From Tubiluchus corallicola (Eukaryota > Animalia > Priapulida), in contig JAQGDQ010000213.1 of the NCBI GenBank assembly GCA_030141605.1, positions 124,001-188,000 on the forward strand: a DNA stretch of 64,000 bases, read 5' to 3'. Position numbers and translations under genes: made by a program. The notes beneath the pieces are model-generated. The model was not told the origin of the DNA, did no database searches, and saw only the letters and a program-made list of their open reading frames with translations. Below, piece after piece: positions 22,501 through 36,519 of this stretch (its first letter is position 1; every line of letters begins with the position of its first letter).

Positions 22501-25500
22501 AAAGTTGAATGCTAACGCATTTAAGACATTATGCCTTATGAATCTTTTGATTTCAGTTATAATTAAGACATATAATGTGATAATGTGCTTCATTATACAT
22601 CTTACTTATTGTTGTAATATTTATATGTTACAACTGCTGTCCACCAATAAATACCGACACGCTGCAAATTCCACTAATGATACAATACAAAACACAATAA
22701 GGATATTTCTTTACCAGTGATTTTCTAACATTTACTGCTAAGTGCAGTAGAAACTTGAATTTACCTAATAAAAATGTAATAAAATTTATTATATAGTGGG
22801 TAGTTTATGAAACGGATATTGCTTTTGTTATAAACAATTTAAAAATTTTATTTCTTTACCAAATTCTAGTATTTAAAATGTTTACTGATCTCCACAAGTT
22901 AAATGACAAGGAAGTGACCAGTATTGTTGAATTTATGTCATTTCTGATCATAAATTGATGAAATATGTTACTTTTTATTATGACGACCGTAAGTTAAACC
23001 GCAAGCAAAACAGTTTTTGACAACATGTTTTGTGTTCTAGTTGAGTGTTGTCCGTTGACTGCAACTGGAGACCAGCAAAGTGACAAGTGTTATTCGATAG
23101 ATGTAGACCAGAACGACCCATTCTATGGAGGGAAGCAAACTCTAATGTGCATTCCCATCGTGCGCTCTATGCCTGGAGAATGTGAAACGGGTTTGTATAT
23201 CAGAACGTAAACTTTTTCAGACTTTCTAATTTTCAGACAGTCCGCAGAGTTTTCAGACTTTCTATGTTAGTATTACTTTCATGGGTTTGTCTGATTGTTT
23301 TGCTCTATGTCTTGATACCGTGTGGACAGTGGTTCACCGTTGACAGTCTTAGTGGCCTACAGTGTAAATTCCGCAAACGTCATTGTACCTTTGTAGTGCA
23401 ATGGGTAGGATAGCTGCCTGAATACCAGAAGACCTTGGTTTCGAATGAGCGAAATTTTCAAGCTTCAAACTTTTATTAATATCGGAAATTGATGTGTATG
23501 GCACTAATGAAAAGCATTTGTAAGTTATGCATTGGGGCTAACTTTTGTGTTTTAGGTCACAGAGAACAGATAAATCAAATAACCGCGTACATAGATGGTT
23601 CTGTTGTCTATGGATCTGATTCAGAGACAGTAGATCGCCTACGGGAACACAGTGGTGGTGAGTTCTTCGTACTCGTACTGAGTTCATTAGTAACATGGTC
23701 ATTTGCAAACTAATTATTTTGGGTACTTTAAACCACTCGTGAAAAATATTTCCTTTAACAGGCACAAGGACTGGTGTTTCCGTGAATGTACTAATTCCTT
23801 TTAGCCTTCTAAGTCGCAATAAATTTGTACATTAATTTATGAGAAGCAGAGTGGGCAAAAATACATAAGTGAAATAAAACAAGTTGAAATTGCTTGAGCA
23901 AAAGGTGACTTTGTGCACTACTTCCTTTTTCTGTTTTGATATTTATTTGAACAAATCTCAAAATTTGAAAATTCCGACGAGCAAAGATCATAAACACAAA
24001 GGATATCATATACTACATATACGTAATTCAAATGATCCGGTAGTAATTAGAAGGTTACAAAGTAAACCAATTACGTAAAATATACAAGCATTAATCTTTG
24101 AACATGCTAAGCTAAACTAAATTGTACAGAAGTTTGCAGTTTAATGTGTGGTTCAAGTGTGGCTTACTGCTGTTATCAAGGGCTTATGAAGACAACTGAA
24201 ATTACTGGCGGAAGACCTGTTTTACCTAAAAGCGCAGTTGATGGTAGTTGTGAAGATAACGACGGTAACGCTGTTGCTTGTTATGATGGAGGTACGTGAC
24301 ACCTAATTAAGCAAAACCTTATAACAAACTTAATTGAAATCAAACATGATGTGTACGTGTAGTTTACTTTACTAATAAATTAAAATTGTAACCATCATTT
24401 GGTTACAAGTTTTTATATGACGTTCGAAGGCATAACATCATGCCACTGTAATAACAATAATAATGGTAATAATACTAATAATAATCGTTATCTAAAGCCA
24501 ACAGACAAATCGAGTGCCGCCTGCGAGAGATAATTATTGGTCTGAATTGGTGTTGTTCTTATAGGAGACGAAAGAGCTAATGAGCAACTTGGGCAGCAAG
24601 TACTCCAAGTTCTTTTCCTCAGAGAACACAATCGCATTGCAACAGCCATTAGTGCAGAAAAACCTGAATGGGAGGATGAACAAATTTTCCAAGAAGCAAG
24701 AAGAATAGTTGGTGCAGAAATGCAGGTGCGCGATACGCAATTAGCGCGGCATAAAGTGCTCAAGTTCCAAATGGTTGACTTCTACATATTCTTAAAAAAC
24801 TGTAGAGACGCTTTTGACATTTTCAAAAAATTGTTTAATTGTTGTGGCCACAAGATAGAACTTTTGCTCTCTTGATGCCATTGTTGTGGCTGAGGTGCAG
24901 AAATTAGGGTAACAAATTCGTCTTCACGGCTATCTTTTGGACCAAAATCAGACAGATGTCATTATCTTTAATGGGTCATTAATGTCTTTATCATTAATAA
25001 AGGAGGCTGCAAAATTACTAAAAATGCATTCACATTAGGTAACGATAACCTGCAAATTGTTCAAAGGTATACGTATCTAGGAATAGCCTTTACTGACAGT
25101 GGCTCCTTTAATGCAGCTGAACAAGAGTTGCATAGTAAGGCTGCCAAACTTAGATAAAGACTACAGGGCACAAATACAGAAATAAATGTATGTAATGAAA
25201 TTATTTGACACCCCGATCAAACCAGTTGCATTATACTCGTGCGAGATTTGCACACTTTTTTTTACAACAAAAGGTGCTCAAAGGATAAGGATCCAGGAAA
25301 TTGTTTTTTCTCACATTGTTATTATGAAAATGTGATACTTGTGAACAAAAATTCTGGACTGTTAGCTACTCTTCAAATATACTAACTCATACAGGTTTTT
25401 TAAACATTTGAGATCTCGGAGCATATCGGATACCAGTCCGTTTGTTAAATCTTTAAAACTTAAACTTTTATCAAACTATTAGTCTTACTGGAAATTTTAA

Positions 25501-28500
25501 GTATCCAAAGAAAAAGGAAAGCGTGGAGAAAATATTAAATTAAGAACGTAACTCGAAGCTTAAATCCATTTGTTAATATTACTACATATTCATTAAAAAC
25601 GCTAGCAATAGATATATAACTTCACTAAAATACGTATAAGCGCTCATAGCCATTTCATTGAAAAAGAACGCCACTAATTTCCGAAAATTCCCATATTCAG
25701 CAACGAATGTACTAGCAACGAAAATGAATAGCACTACCTTCTAAGTTGTAAAAACATAATAATATTAGAGAGTGTCTGATTAATGAAATTTGTGTTTTGA
25801 GTCCAACTTTTATATCACTTACTGATGAGCATAAACTCAAAATCTTTCTTACCAGTGATGATTACGAGATTACGATATTAGCATCAATTTTTTTACGAAA
25901 TGTTTTAATTAAGAAATGAACTTGCACAACAACAATAAGGCCCACATAATTGAATATAATTTTAATATCGCAATTAACTTTGAAATTCACTTATTCACTC
26001 ATATTTGTTTTCCTCAGTTATTCGGGTTATTTATTTATGATCTTATTCTTTTTTCTTTAAATGTATTGTTCTTACATAAAATGTATGATGATGTTAAACC
26101 GATCATTTATGTTTATTATCTTTGTATGTGGTGTTACATTATATTATACTGTATTGTATTGTATTGCATTGTGAACCAGATGTAATGAATAAATTTTTAT
26201 GCATCAGGTGATAACACAACAAGAATTTTTGCCTGGAATCTTTTCATCTGAGGATCTAACAAAATTCCATTTAAATTCAGCTGATTATGTTACATTAGGA
26301 TACAATATATCCTATGACGCAACTATAGACAACTCGTTCTCTACTGCAGCCTTTAGGTACGTGCTAAAATACTACACATACTAAATATAGTGTGTCGATA
26401 TGTAAGTTTTGTGTAAGTGCATGTGCGTATGCTTCCAAGAATTGTTAACATAGTTATTATATATGTATATCTATGTATATATATATACGTTATCTTTGCA
26501 TTAACGTACGACTTGCGCTGTGTGCATGTGCGCTGTACGGTGTGTACGAATGCAAGCTAGATAAAAAAGCCTACATAAATATAAATTCTACTTACCAGTG
26601 ACAGTGCAACATAGCTCTCGTGTATATAGACATTAGACACTAGGTACTTTAAGATGTTCTGAAGAGTTTCATTACATAAGGATCATCGCAAGAATAACAA
26701 AAATTCTGCAGTTCTGCTAAGTATAGTATAATTTAAATGATGGATAGGGCTATCATCGTTTCATTTATTTTGCAGGAGTTTGGGTGTTTACTTTAGTTGC
26801 TGTTCTTATTAGTCATTCAGATTAGAAGGCAGGAGGTTTCCAATTAAACCTGTTGACACCGTTAGTTAAAAAACAATGAATCGGTTTGGTTAACAGGCTT
26901 TTATGTGAATGAACCGGCTATTTAGGCCTGCTACATGCATGGCATTTAATGTGAACCATGTCGCAGATGCTTCAGCTTTGCTGAAATTACGCAACTTATG
27001 TTTGTTAAGAGCAAAGGTACAGTAATAACATATACACTGAAGTTGAGGCAAACAATTGAAAAAATAACAAATTAAGTTATTTCGATGATGAGGAAAGGCA
27101 CCTGTGCTTCAATTATCCCATGCCGAATTTCTATAATCTTTTACTCATTTACCGTTTGAACATCGGAAAAGGTGAAAAGCAATTAATGTCTTCATACTTT
27201 TAGGTTTGGACACTCAATGGTTGGATCCAAGTACACTCGTCAATGGGCTAATGACGACACTGAAGATGTACGAGTATCAAATACATTCTTTAATCCAACA
27301 TTTTCAGAGGATACAACTGAGACCATAGATCCAACTTTGCGAGCCTTGAGCAGGTTCAAATCTTGGGGAACTGATAGGTAGAGTATTCGTAGGTTTGGAC
27401 ATTTGTTAGTAAATGCTCTCATTAAACATAATTTTGTGTGAAATGGCCTTGGTGATTCAATAATTATCTAGGCAAGCAGTGACAATAAAGGCTGGTTTGT
27501 CTTTCTTTCAGATTTATCGTGGTCGATTTGCGTAACCAGTTATTCCGCGATCATGATAAGCAACTTGGACAAGACCTTGCTGCCATCAATATTCAGCGAG
27601 GAAGAGAACATGGCATGGCTTCCTATGTGGCTCATAGGTGAGTGGAAATGATTTTAGTAATTTATTTATTTTGGAAATACACTTATACAATCTATGTAAA
27701 CAAATGGAAAAATATACGGTTAATATTAGTGATTATGATATGACAGCATGAAGAACCAGAAGAACAAAAACTTTTTGTATAACGTGAATGTAATGCAAGC
27801 GTGTGGTTACTGAGTATAGGTTATTCTGATAACGGTTTGCGGTAATAATTTTCATTAATTACTTATCATTCATTTTTATTAAATCATTTAACATTTTGTT
27901 CCATAAAAGAGCTGTATAAATTCAGTAATTAGAGGTCAAAGGGCTCAAACGTAAGAGATTAGGGATGTTCTGTTGTGTTGTGAGGTTAGGTTCTTCATGC
28001 ACACCGCCCCTGTTTCAAACCGAACTTTGAAGATGCCTTTGAGTGCAGTTATTGTCTTCACTTTAGATTTAGATTAGATTAGAACAAAAACCCCATTCAC
28101 CAATCTGGTTTTAGTGGTTTTTATTTGCAGGAATATGCAGGTGCCATCGAAGTCAATTCAAAGAAGATGACTAGTGTATAAGTGCTGTAGAAAATGCAAA
28201 ACATCTTTTAAATATTCTTCGTAAAAAAGTATAATTTACGTAGGTACCAAGTAGTTTTTATACATGTTGTTAGGGTCAGGGATAGTAATAATAAATTCCG
28301 GTTATTTCCTGAATTTTTGAATACTACATATATGTCATGTTTTAGTGGTGTTTTTACAGAGAAACGGCAAGCCAGATATGTGGTAATGCGTTTACTAACG
28401 TTTCAAGTATCAACGATTTGCCAGATATAAGCGAAGAAAATAAACAATTGCTGATCGAGGCATACGGGTAAATAGACAATTATTTGGCTCGTTTTTTTTT

Positions 28501-31162
28501 CAAAATTCTTTGTTTCTGTGTCTTCATGTTTCATGTAAAATGTTGATTTGTGCAAGTTATTAGACAAAAACAGTTTGCAACAACTATAGAAACTTTCACT
28601 TTTTTGCTGTAATCGTATGTTTTATGTATGTATGTATGTATGTATGTATGTATGTATGTATGTATGTATGTATGTATGTATGTATGTATGTATGTATGTA
28701 TGTATGTATGTATAACATATATATGTATAAATATATATATATAAATAAATATATATATATATACATATGTGTTATACATACATAGAAATATAAAACAAGA
28801 ATATAAAATAAGAGACAGAGCGAAAGGACAACGAGAGAAAAAATTGGATGAAAGAATTCAAAGAAGAGATAGATAGAGAGAGAGAGAGAGAGAATGGGAG
28901 GGAGTGAGAGAGAGAACGAAAGAGAGGGAGATAGATAGATAGATATATTTATATTTACGTGTTGTAACGTATATCACAAATTGCAACAAGGAACAAATTG
29001 TGATTAAGAAGCGTTATCAAGAATGTAAGATATTTTGTTCTTGCAGTTGTAGTTAAATAAATTATAAAATTTGAATACACCATATGAAATTAAATTGTTA
29101 TTAACGAAGAATTTTTCCAAATTAATATGGTTGGAAACTTTCGAAAATGGCTTGCAAGAACATGCAATGGAAAACTGCATTATCCCGACAAATACGTTTG
29201 CAAATTTACATTTATATTTGCATATCCTCGCAGCACATTACCGCCGCATAATGACTGACAGAGGGCCGCACAATTTTGCCTGATTTTTCTTACGTTTTCT
29301 TTCTGTAAAAATTAGATGCTAACCTCATCCCACCCATAGACACACATGCACACACGGATGCAAAGAACCCAGTATAAACCCTTCTTCGACACCCTTCGAT
29401 GTTTATGTGTTTATAAGTTTTAACAAAAACATTAAGATGGCTCATTTAGATAACTTAGGTAACTTAGGTTATTTAGGTTAGTTATATAACGATTTGTTGA
29501 TATTACAAGTCAGTGAAGATGTTCATAAATCGGAAGGAAGAGTCACTATCAAAATGTTCTAGAAATCAAAATCGTGCAATATCTACTGCTTTTTTAATTT
29601 GTCTTGTTCACAATAATTATTTTCAGTGATTGCCCAGAATGCATTGACCTATTCGTCGGTGGGCTAGCTGAAGATCTGGTACCAGGTGCAAATCTTGGGC
29701 CTACGTTTTCTTGCATCATCGGAAAACAATTCGAATCTATAATACACGGAGATCGATATTGGTATCAGAATGATTTTACGGCAGGTAAGGAATTGCAGAA
29801 GATAATAATGCATTTAACGTACAGTATCTGTAATGCAGTACTTAGTAAGGTATTAACATTAGAATCGTCACTAAATTTAGTAAAGCGATTGAGGTACGAC
29901 CTAATTTGAGATATTGAATTTAAATGGCCCTCAGATGATGTAAATCACAATGACTACATTATCGATTCAAACTTTCGTGCCAAATAGACCTCCACGCGGA
30001 GAGTTAGAGAGAGAGTAAGAGAGAAAGCGAAAGAGAGAGAGAGAGAGGGCGAGAGAGAAAAAGGGAGAGGGGGAGAGAGATGGTAACAAAATTGGTAGCA
30101 ATACCTTAGATAAATATTTTTGCCACGTAAAACCCGCTAGACATCCTTTAAGGTTCCAAATAATTTGGTTGGGTCAAACATGAGCGGTATCAGTCGGACA
30201 TGGACATACCATGGATCATTAAATGGGCTGTGCCAGACAAGTGACCTTCTGTTTAAGCTATGCTAGACACTCTTCTGAAACATTTGACCTTCCAGCCCTC
30301 TCTGACCAAGCACCGAAGGTACCAAGAAGACCCAAATAAACAGGCATGTCGACTGTTTATTCCAGACCTGTTGCCCTCTTCAAATCCTTGCCAGAAGTTT
30401 TTGTGTTGTTGTTGTTGTTATTATTATTACAACTACTACTGTTCCAGCTGCAGACACAGGCACATCTTGATTATACTGGGCAGCTTTACGTTGCCTGTAC
30501 TTATCCCGCAGCTATACTTTCATAACTTCACAAACCAGGCAAGTTCTCAAACGACTCAGCATGTGTAGCATCTAGTTTGTTAATCTGCTTATCCCCATTT
30601 ACGGAGCATACACGTCAGTTTCCACGGACGCACTGAACCCCTGATTTGAAAAACATAAGTAACTCTTTCATTGTGGTGAGTTCTGTGTTTTCTTCCCCAG
30701 GCGGCTGTTTGGTGTGAATACAAAAAAGGTCTAACGGACCATAACAGAAATCTTCTGGCAAGCACTATATAAACAGAGGGCAGTTATACAGTGTTGTGCA
30801 GAATAAGACTATTCATTTCAAGCAGACGTCCAGCTCTGTACCTCTTAAGTGCATCAGTTGACCAAAACCCTCTGGGCTGCCGGACTAAAAGGGAGAGTTG
30901 GGAGAGGGATAGGTAGAGAGAGAGAGAGAGAGAGGAGGAGCGAAAATAGTCAGTAATTTCTATTTTTTCAGCTGAGATAACCGAAATTCAGAAGGTCACA
31001 TTGGCAGGTGTTATATGTGACAACACAGACATCACGGAAATTCAACCATCCGTTTTTCTTTCTCTCAGACAACGGAATCCTAACTGCGGAAATGAGAGGT
31101 GCCTAAAATCCTGTACCGAGATTGCATCACCAGATATTACCGTATTTTTGGCCACGGCATAA
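16576..31162 (+). CDS. Secreted animal heme peroxidase A (peroxidase-cyclooxygenase superfamily, peroxinectin/chorion-peroxidase-like), 16 coding exons, about 699 aa
   Basis: Exons: 16576-16589, 17267-17418, 18064-18187, 18528-18620, 19131-19228, 22104-22292, 23041-23190, 23556-23657, 24181-24291, 24565-24725, 26208-26356, 27204-27377, 27512-27637, 28360-28467, 29627-29784, 30972-31162. All are GT-AG and total 2100 nt in one open frame. A hydrophobic signal peptide is followed by RYRTYDGSCNN, QWGQYLDHD, REQINQITAYIDGS, GDERANE, FLREHNRIA, AAFRFGHSM, DLAAINIQRGREHG and GDRYWY. Confidence 0.95.
21200..21480 (+). mobile_element. Degraded non-LTR RT fragment (YLDDG type) in intron 5 of peroxidase A
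   Basis: Reads GPALLFATV...SLVVLCLDDGILT...EVVQSLKFI with stops. The resemblance is weak. Confidence 0.3.
25011..25915 (+). mobile_element. Degraded LINE 3' fragment (post-RT region and C-terminal zinc finger) in intron 10 of peroxidase A
   Basis: FTLGNDNLQIVQRYTYLGIAFTDSGSFNAAEQELHSKAAK, MKLFDTPIKPVALYSCEI, SAHSHFIEKER and NE*HYLLSCK occur in canonical LINE ORF2 order. Confidence 0.8.
28623..28944. repeat. (TATG)n, (AT)n and (AG)n/(ATAG)n microsatellite cluster
   Basis: Read directly from the sequence. Confidence 0.95.
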
Positions 31163-31857
31163 CAACATTAGAGTAGTGCTTGACTTCAAATATAACAGTT
31201 TTACAAATGCGATTAATTTTGCTGTATTTTATTGTTGAAATTTGTTTTCTGGTTAGAAGGAATGGGTTAGCAGTTTGGACAACTTGGAAGGTTGCCTATC
31301 GTTTCCGATGTGTGTTTTGTTATTACTAGGTTAATAAATTGCTTTGGGAAATACGATTTTGTCGTTCGGTTTTTTCAAAAATCAGTTTGTTGACAATAAT
31401 ATAGTGACAAATTCTAGTTAATAAAAACATTTTCGCGTATATTGGGGCACTTGCACCGGACGAAGTTATCTCATAAGTTTATTGACGTTAAAGTACTGTG
31501 CCTTGATTCAGATAGCAACATACATACTTCATCGTAGCCAGCGAAAAAATTGACGGGAGCATCACATCAACCGTTTCGAGAATGAAATTATTATGGTTTA
31601 AACAACATTTAATTACTAACATTAACTGTAGCGCCCAAATATATTTTATCAATACATTAATGATGATGATAAATTAATGATTTACAAATTCCATAATTTT
31701 GCAAATTAAGCTAAGAATATAATATTTATCATAATCATATCAAAATCAAGTATATAAGAATCATACTAAGCCAAAAAAGTAATGAAGCTTATATAAAAAT
31801 ACATTAGTTCATGCAAAACAAATAACAAACCACGTAAGGTCAATAAATAATAACTAA

Positions 31858-34051
31858 CTAGTTGACAATGTTTCTGACGAGGTCAGAAACTGAAAATTTT
31901 GCAAACAATAGTTATAACGTTCAGCTTTAAAAATGAGGAGATACTGCCTTTTTTGAAAGTGCTTATTTTTCTCATTGAGTTGCTTGAATACATGGAAAGT
32001 GCATTTCATAATGAAACCTCAGCATTTAACTGTTAAGCCCATCACCCACGGGTCAAAGGTCAACAACCTTGGCATAATTTATATCACCCAGTTTGTCTCA
32101 ATGAGACCTTTCATTTGATATACAACAACCTACTTTTGGTAGATCCTGGAGGCCATTTGTCTCCTCGACCCATATTTTGCCCCTAACTGGGTCGCAGGTT
32201 AACGATTTACACTGTAACTTATATCATTTGATTCACCTCATCAAGACCTTTCATTTGGCATGCTACATGGTACTATTAGTAGACACTCGATGCATTTCTG
32301 TTCCCGGCACTCATTTTTGTGGTTTTTGCCCTCTAGCGGGATCGCGGATTAGCTATTTTCGTTACAGCATATGCCATTTGATCTGCCTCCTCGAGACCTT
32401 TCATTTGTTATGCGACAAGGTATCATTGCTCAACACTCAGTGCACTTCAGTTCCCGACCCCTATTTTTCAGTTTTTGCCCCTTAGCGGGGTCGCGGGTTA
32501 GCTATTCTCATTGTAACCTATGCCGTTCGACCCTCTCATCACGACCTGCCATTTGATGTGCTACAAGGTAATATTCCAAGACACTTGATGCATTTCTACT
32601 CTCAACCCCCATTTTTCAGTTGCCTCCTAGCGGAAAATTTTTCCCCCACCAAATGACCAATATTCTGCCATATCCAAAAACCTGGCCCCACCTAACCACA
32701 TACGAAATATTGTCGCCCCAGCTCAAAAACTATGGACACAGATGGATCCTAAAGAAAAATAAATGAAGACCCGCCCGCTCCGTGACTTTTGACCCGGCAA
32801 CTCGGGTCACATATATACACAGATAACTTTGCCCAAAGTGTACCATGTGAGTTTTGTCTCCCTAGCTCTCAGCAAATAAAAGGCCACCAATTGGGGGACC
32901 CCAAATTTGTATTTTGGCCCCTCGCTCGAGTGTTTAAAATTTGCCAGCTTTTTAAAACCCCAGGTGCACATCTACTCCACAGTACCGAAATACTTGTGAA
33001 AAAAAAATTGGAAAAATCGAAAGGCCTAGGAGAAGATACGATCTAAAGAAAAAAACTGACAGGAAGCCCACTGCCCTTTCCCCCTTGACCAATGGTCACT
33101 GGTTGCCACACTGCTGTACGTACCCGCCCAGGGTTACCAACCCTGTGCGTTTGGTGACGCTAACTTGCAAGGCTTATTAAGGATTAAAATTGCGAGGAAT
33201 AAATAAAAATAAACTAGTTGACAATGTTTCTGACGTGTACAGAAACTGAAGATTTTGCAAACAATAGTTATGATATTGAGCCTTAAAAATGAAGAGATGA
33301 CAGCCTTTGCTTGAAAGTTATTATTTCCACCCTGCTTGAATACATAGGAAGTGCATTTCTCAATGAAACCTCAACATGTAACTGTTTAGACTCTCACCCA
33401 TGGGTCAAAGGTCAGCCAATCTTAGCGTAACTTATATCATTCAGTTAGTCTCACTGAGACCTCTCATTTACTTTTTACAACAAGTTACTTTTGGTAGACC
33501 CTGTAAGGCATTTGTCCTCGACCCCAATTTTGCCCCTAACTAGTTCACAGGTTAACAATTCACACTGTAACCTATACCGTTCGATTCGCTTTATCAAGAC
33601 ATTTCATTTGATGTGCTACTTGGTACTATTTGTGGACACTCGATGTATTTCTGTTTCCGACCCCCATTTTTCGGTTTTTGCCCCCTACTGGGGTCAAAGA
33701 TCAACCAGTCTCGGCATAACTTATACCATTCGGTTTGATTCGACATAACTTATACCATCCTCGACCCCCATTTTGCCCCCTAGCGGGGTCGCAGATTAAC
33801 TATTCTCATTGTAACTTATGCTATTTGATCCGCCTCATCGAGGCCTTTCATTTGATATGCTACAATGGCCACTCGTCACCACACTGTTGTACGTCCCCAA
33901 CCCAGGGCTACCAACGCTCCGAGTTTGGTGACCCTAGCTTTCAAGGTTTAGGAGTTATTAAGCGTTAAAGTTGTGGAGAATAAATAAGAATAAATAAATA
34001 AATAAGAATAACACAATGAAAAACAGTAAAATTTTGCTATTGCAAAATCTT
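31858..34051 (-). mobile_element. Tandem dimer of a non-autonomous Helentron/DINE-1-like (HINE) rolling-circle element
   Basis: Two minus-strand 3' ends (CTAG at 31858 and 33214), each with a stem-loop (gtttctgac-gag-gtcagaaac in the first) and a subTIR aa(g/a)attttgcaa. One 5' end carries the inverted subTIR ttgcaaaatctt (34040-34051) inside a short palindrome. There is an (AAAT)-type microsatellite and about 130-bp internal subrepeats. Confidence 0.8.
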
Positions 34052-34429
34052 AACAAGCAGTATAATACACAATATATAAAATGATTAAATTCATATGGCG
34101 TTCCATACTGCAAAATTTGTGTTAATGTGCACGTGTTGTACCTCATAAATTTAACGGAGATTTCTTATCAACATAAGTTGCGGAGAAATCAGGGGTCGTG
34201 TATGCAAATATCCAAAAATCAGACAGCTATAGTCGATGAAGACAGAAAAATGATTATTAGTAGTGAACGTTTTTGAGTCGTCGAAAATAGTGGTAAGATT
34301 CTGCTTCTGTCACGGGAGACTGGATTTTAGGCCGTCAGCTTTTGTTTCGTGTTTACAAATAAAATATGTTTTCAAAATAATTGACAATATTTACGTACAT
34401 AGTTTTAATTATATCAAGCTTGTCACTTT

Positions 34430-34700
34430 TTGATCCGTCATCCCTCAGTCAAGGGTCAACTGCCTGCTTGTCAGTGTACACCACTGAATTTGTCTCATTT
34501 GGTCCTTGCATTTAGTATGCCACAAGATACTAAAACTGGAGTTTGCTAGGTTTAACCTGTAACCCAGGGGTCAGAGATGGGTGTGACGCATACCACTCAG
34601 TTTGCCTCATCGAGTTCTTTCATTTCAAAATGTACAAGCTACTGCTACTTGACATTGGCAGCATTAACTTATTCAATCCCAAATCTTGGTTCGCATTTCT
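34430..34700. repeat. Diverged fragment related to the internal subrepeats of the 31858-34051 element
   Basis: caagggtcaac...ccactgaatttgtctcatt...catttagtatg resembles 32050-32130. Confidence 0.5.
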
Positions 34701-36519
34701 TAACCGGGTTAGTGCACAGTTAACCGGGACCCTCTGAGTACTGAACGTGTTTTTGCACAGCACCATTCTTTCGCACACTAAAACACGCAAAAATGTGCCC
34801 TGCGTCATCCTTTTCTGTAACTTCGAAACTCCAGGCCTTTCTGCTAACCCAGAATGTGTTAGTTCTTTTTTAGTTCCTTGCTCTTTACTGCGGATTTCAC
34901 AGAGCTTTGAACCACAGTTGCCAGAGGCCCAGCATCATGTTTTCCAGCTTATACATCTGGGGCCAATGTCCAAACTTGCTTTAAATTCGTTCAACCGTGA
35001 GCTTAGCTCATAAACTGTATTTCCAAATTCAGTATTTTAAAGTACAACTCGCCGCTTTTTTGTGTTGTTGGTCAGGTGATCCGAAAAAGTCTGTTTTACG
35101 CTGTTTCATGGCCAACACAAGTCTGACAGAAAAACATGCGCGAGCAGTTGCTATGTTCACTAGTAGATTCGTAAAACGTTTATATGTTGACTTTTGACAG
35201 ACTCTGGACGTTTTTCAACGCACAATTGACACAGACCCGGTAGTATTCACAATTCTTACAGCACATTCAAAGTCGCTTTGCATCCTTGACATTTATCTAC
35301 ATTTGTTACGGCGCTTGATATAAATACTGGAGAAGAATGAGATCTTAGATTTCCATGCACTTGTGAAAGCGAGCTGCTGCTATTTGCAATACTATTATTT
35401 AATGCTTCACTCATGAGGAAAGTAGAGGTAGAAAAGAGTTGATATACGTATTATTGCTAGAGTTGATATATTATATACTAGCTCTTGTCAATGGTATAAT
35501 GACTATTTTGTATCAGCTCTAGTTAGAGAGTATGGGCATAATTATTGAAAAAGCATTCGACGTGTGCAGAGCAATCCTGTTTTGGCAGATCGGGTGTTAT
35601 TTCTATGAATGTCCAGCTGCATATGTATTGAAGTTCTTGGAAAGCAGATGGTACCATATGAAGGTCTGTGTCGAGACGAGTTACAATGGCGTTGGGAACT
35701 ACAAAACAAAATACAAATATCAGAATGGATAAAAATGAATGGAAATTCATGTAATCAAAAACATTTTTCAAACCTTCATATCCAAGAACACGAAGGTAAA
35801 ATCAAGGTACAAGAAGATAGACGAACTGACTCACTGGAGATTTAGGGGATTCAAATGATTAGTACATCTGAAATTTCATTTCAGTCTAACTATTAATGTA
35901 ACAACAATACTAGTTTTTGGGCATTGTGAGCATTTGCAGACAGGGGTCTTTCTTTTTGGAACCTGATACCGTCATTAGTTACGCTGTTACAGTAAAAGTT
36001 ACCAAATGGTTTCTAGTGTGACATTATACTTGTGAAAGAGGAAGATCTCGTACTAGTAAACTTTGAGTCGTACGTGATAGTCTCAAGGCTTTAATCGCCA
36101 AATGACACGTTCGGAATGTAACGGAGCTATCATTTATTTGCTATTCAATAATGCAAATTTTAGCATTCACGATGGGGCGTATTCCAGACGTATTTGCAGA
36201 TCAGACAGATATTTTATGCGTATTTAAGTAACTCCATCAAGCATATTTTAATCGGTATCGAGTTACAAAATGGTAACATTTGTCTCTGCACACTGAACTG
36301 GAGACTAAAATTGTACTAAATTTCCTCTTTCTGAAATCCCACACATTGGATCAGTAGGGTCCCTGACATATAGTTTTAGTTTACTTGCTTTTAGGACAAA
36401 CATATAGCAAAATGTAAATAATATGTAGGTATAAACGGGACCAGCTAACATGTGTCGCGAGACAAGGTCTGGTAACTTTAGAAACTACTACACTCTTTCT
36501 TTCAGGACAGCATATCAAG

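Noticed and set aside
28531-28779. HTYI-repeat ORF
   Set aside because: It is a translation of (TATG)n.
32177-33968. Several 60-100 aa ORFs with mutual similarity
   Set aside because: They arise from the internal subrepeats of the Helentron-like element and show no recognisable domain.
34997-35845. Cluster of short ORFs upstream of peroxidase B
   Set aside because: No family was recognised. It may be transposon debris, but that cannot be supported from the sequence.
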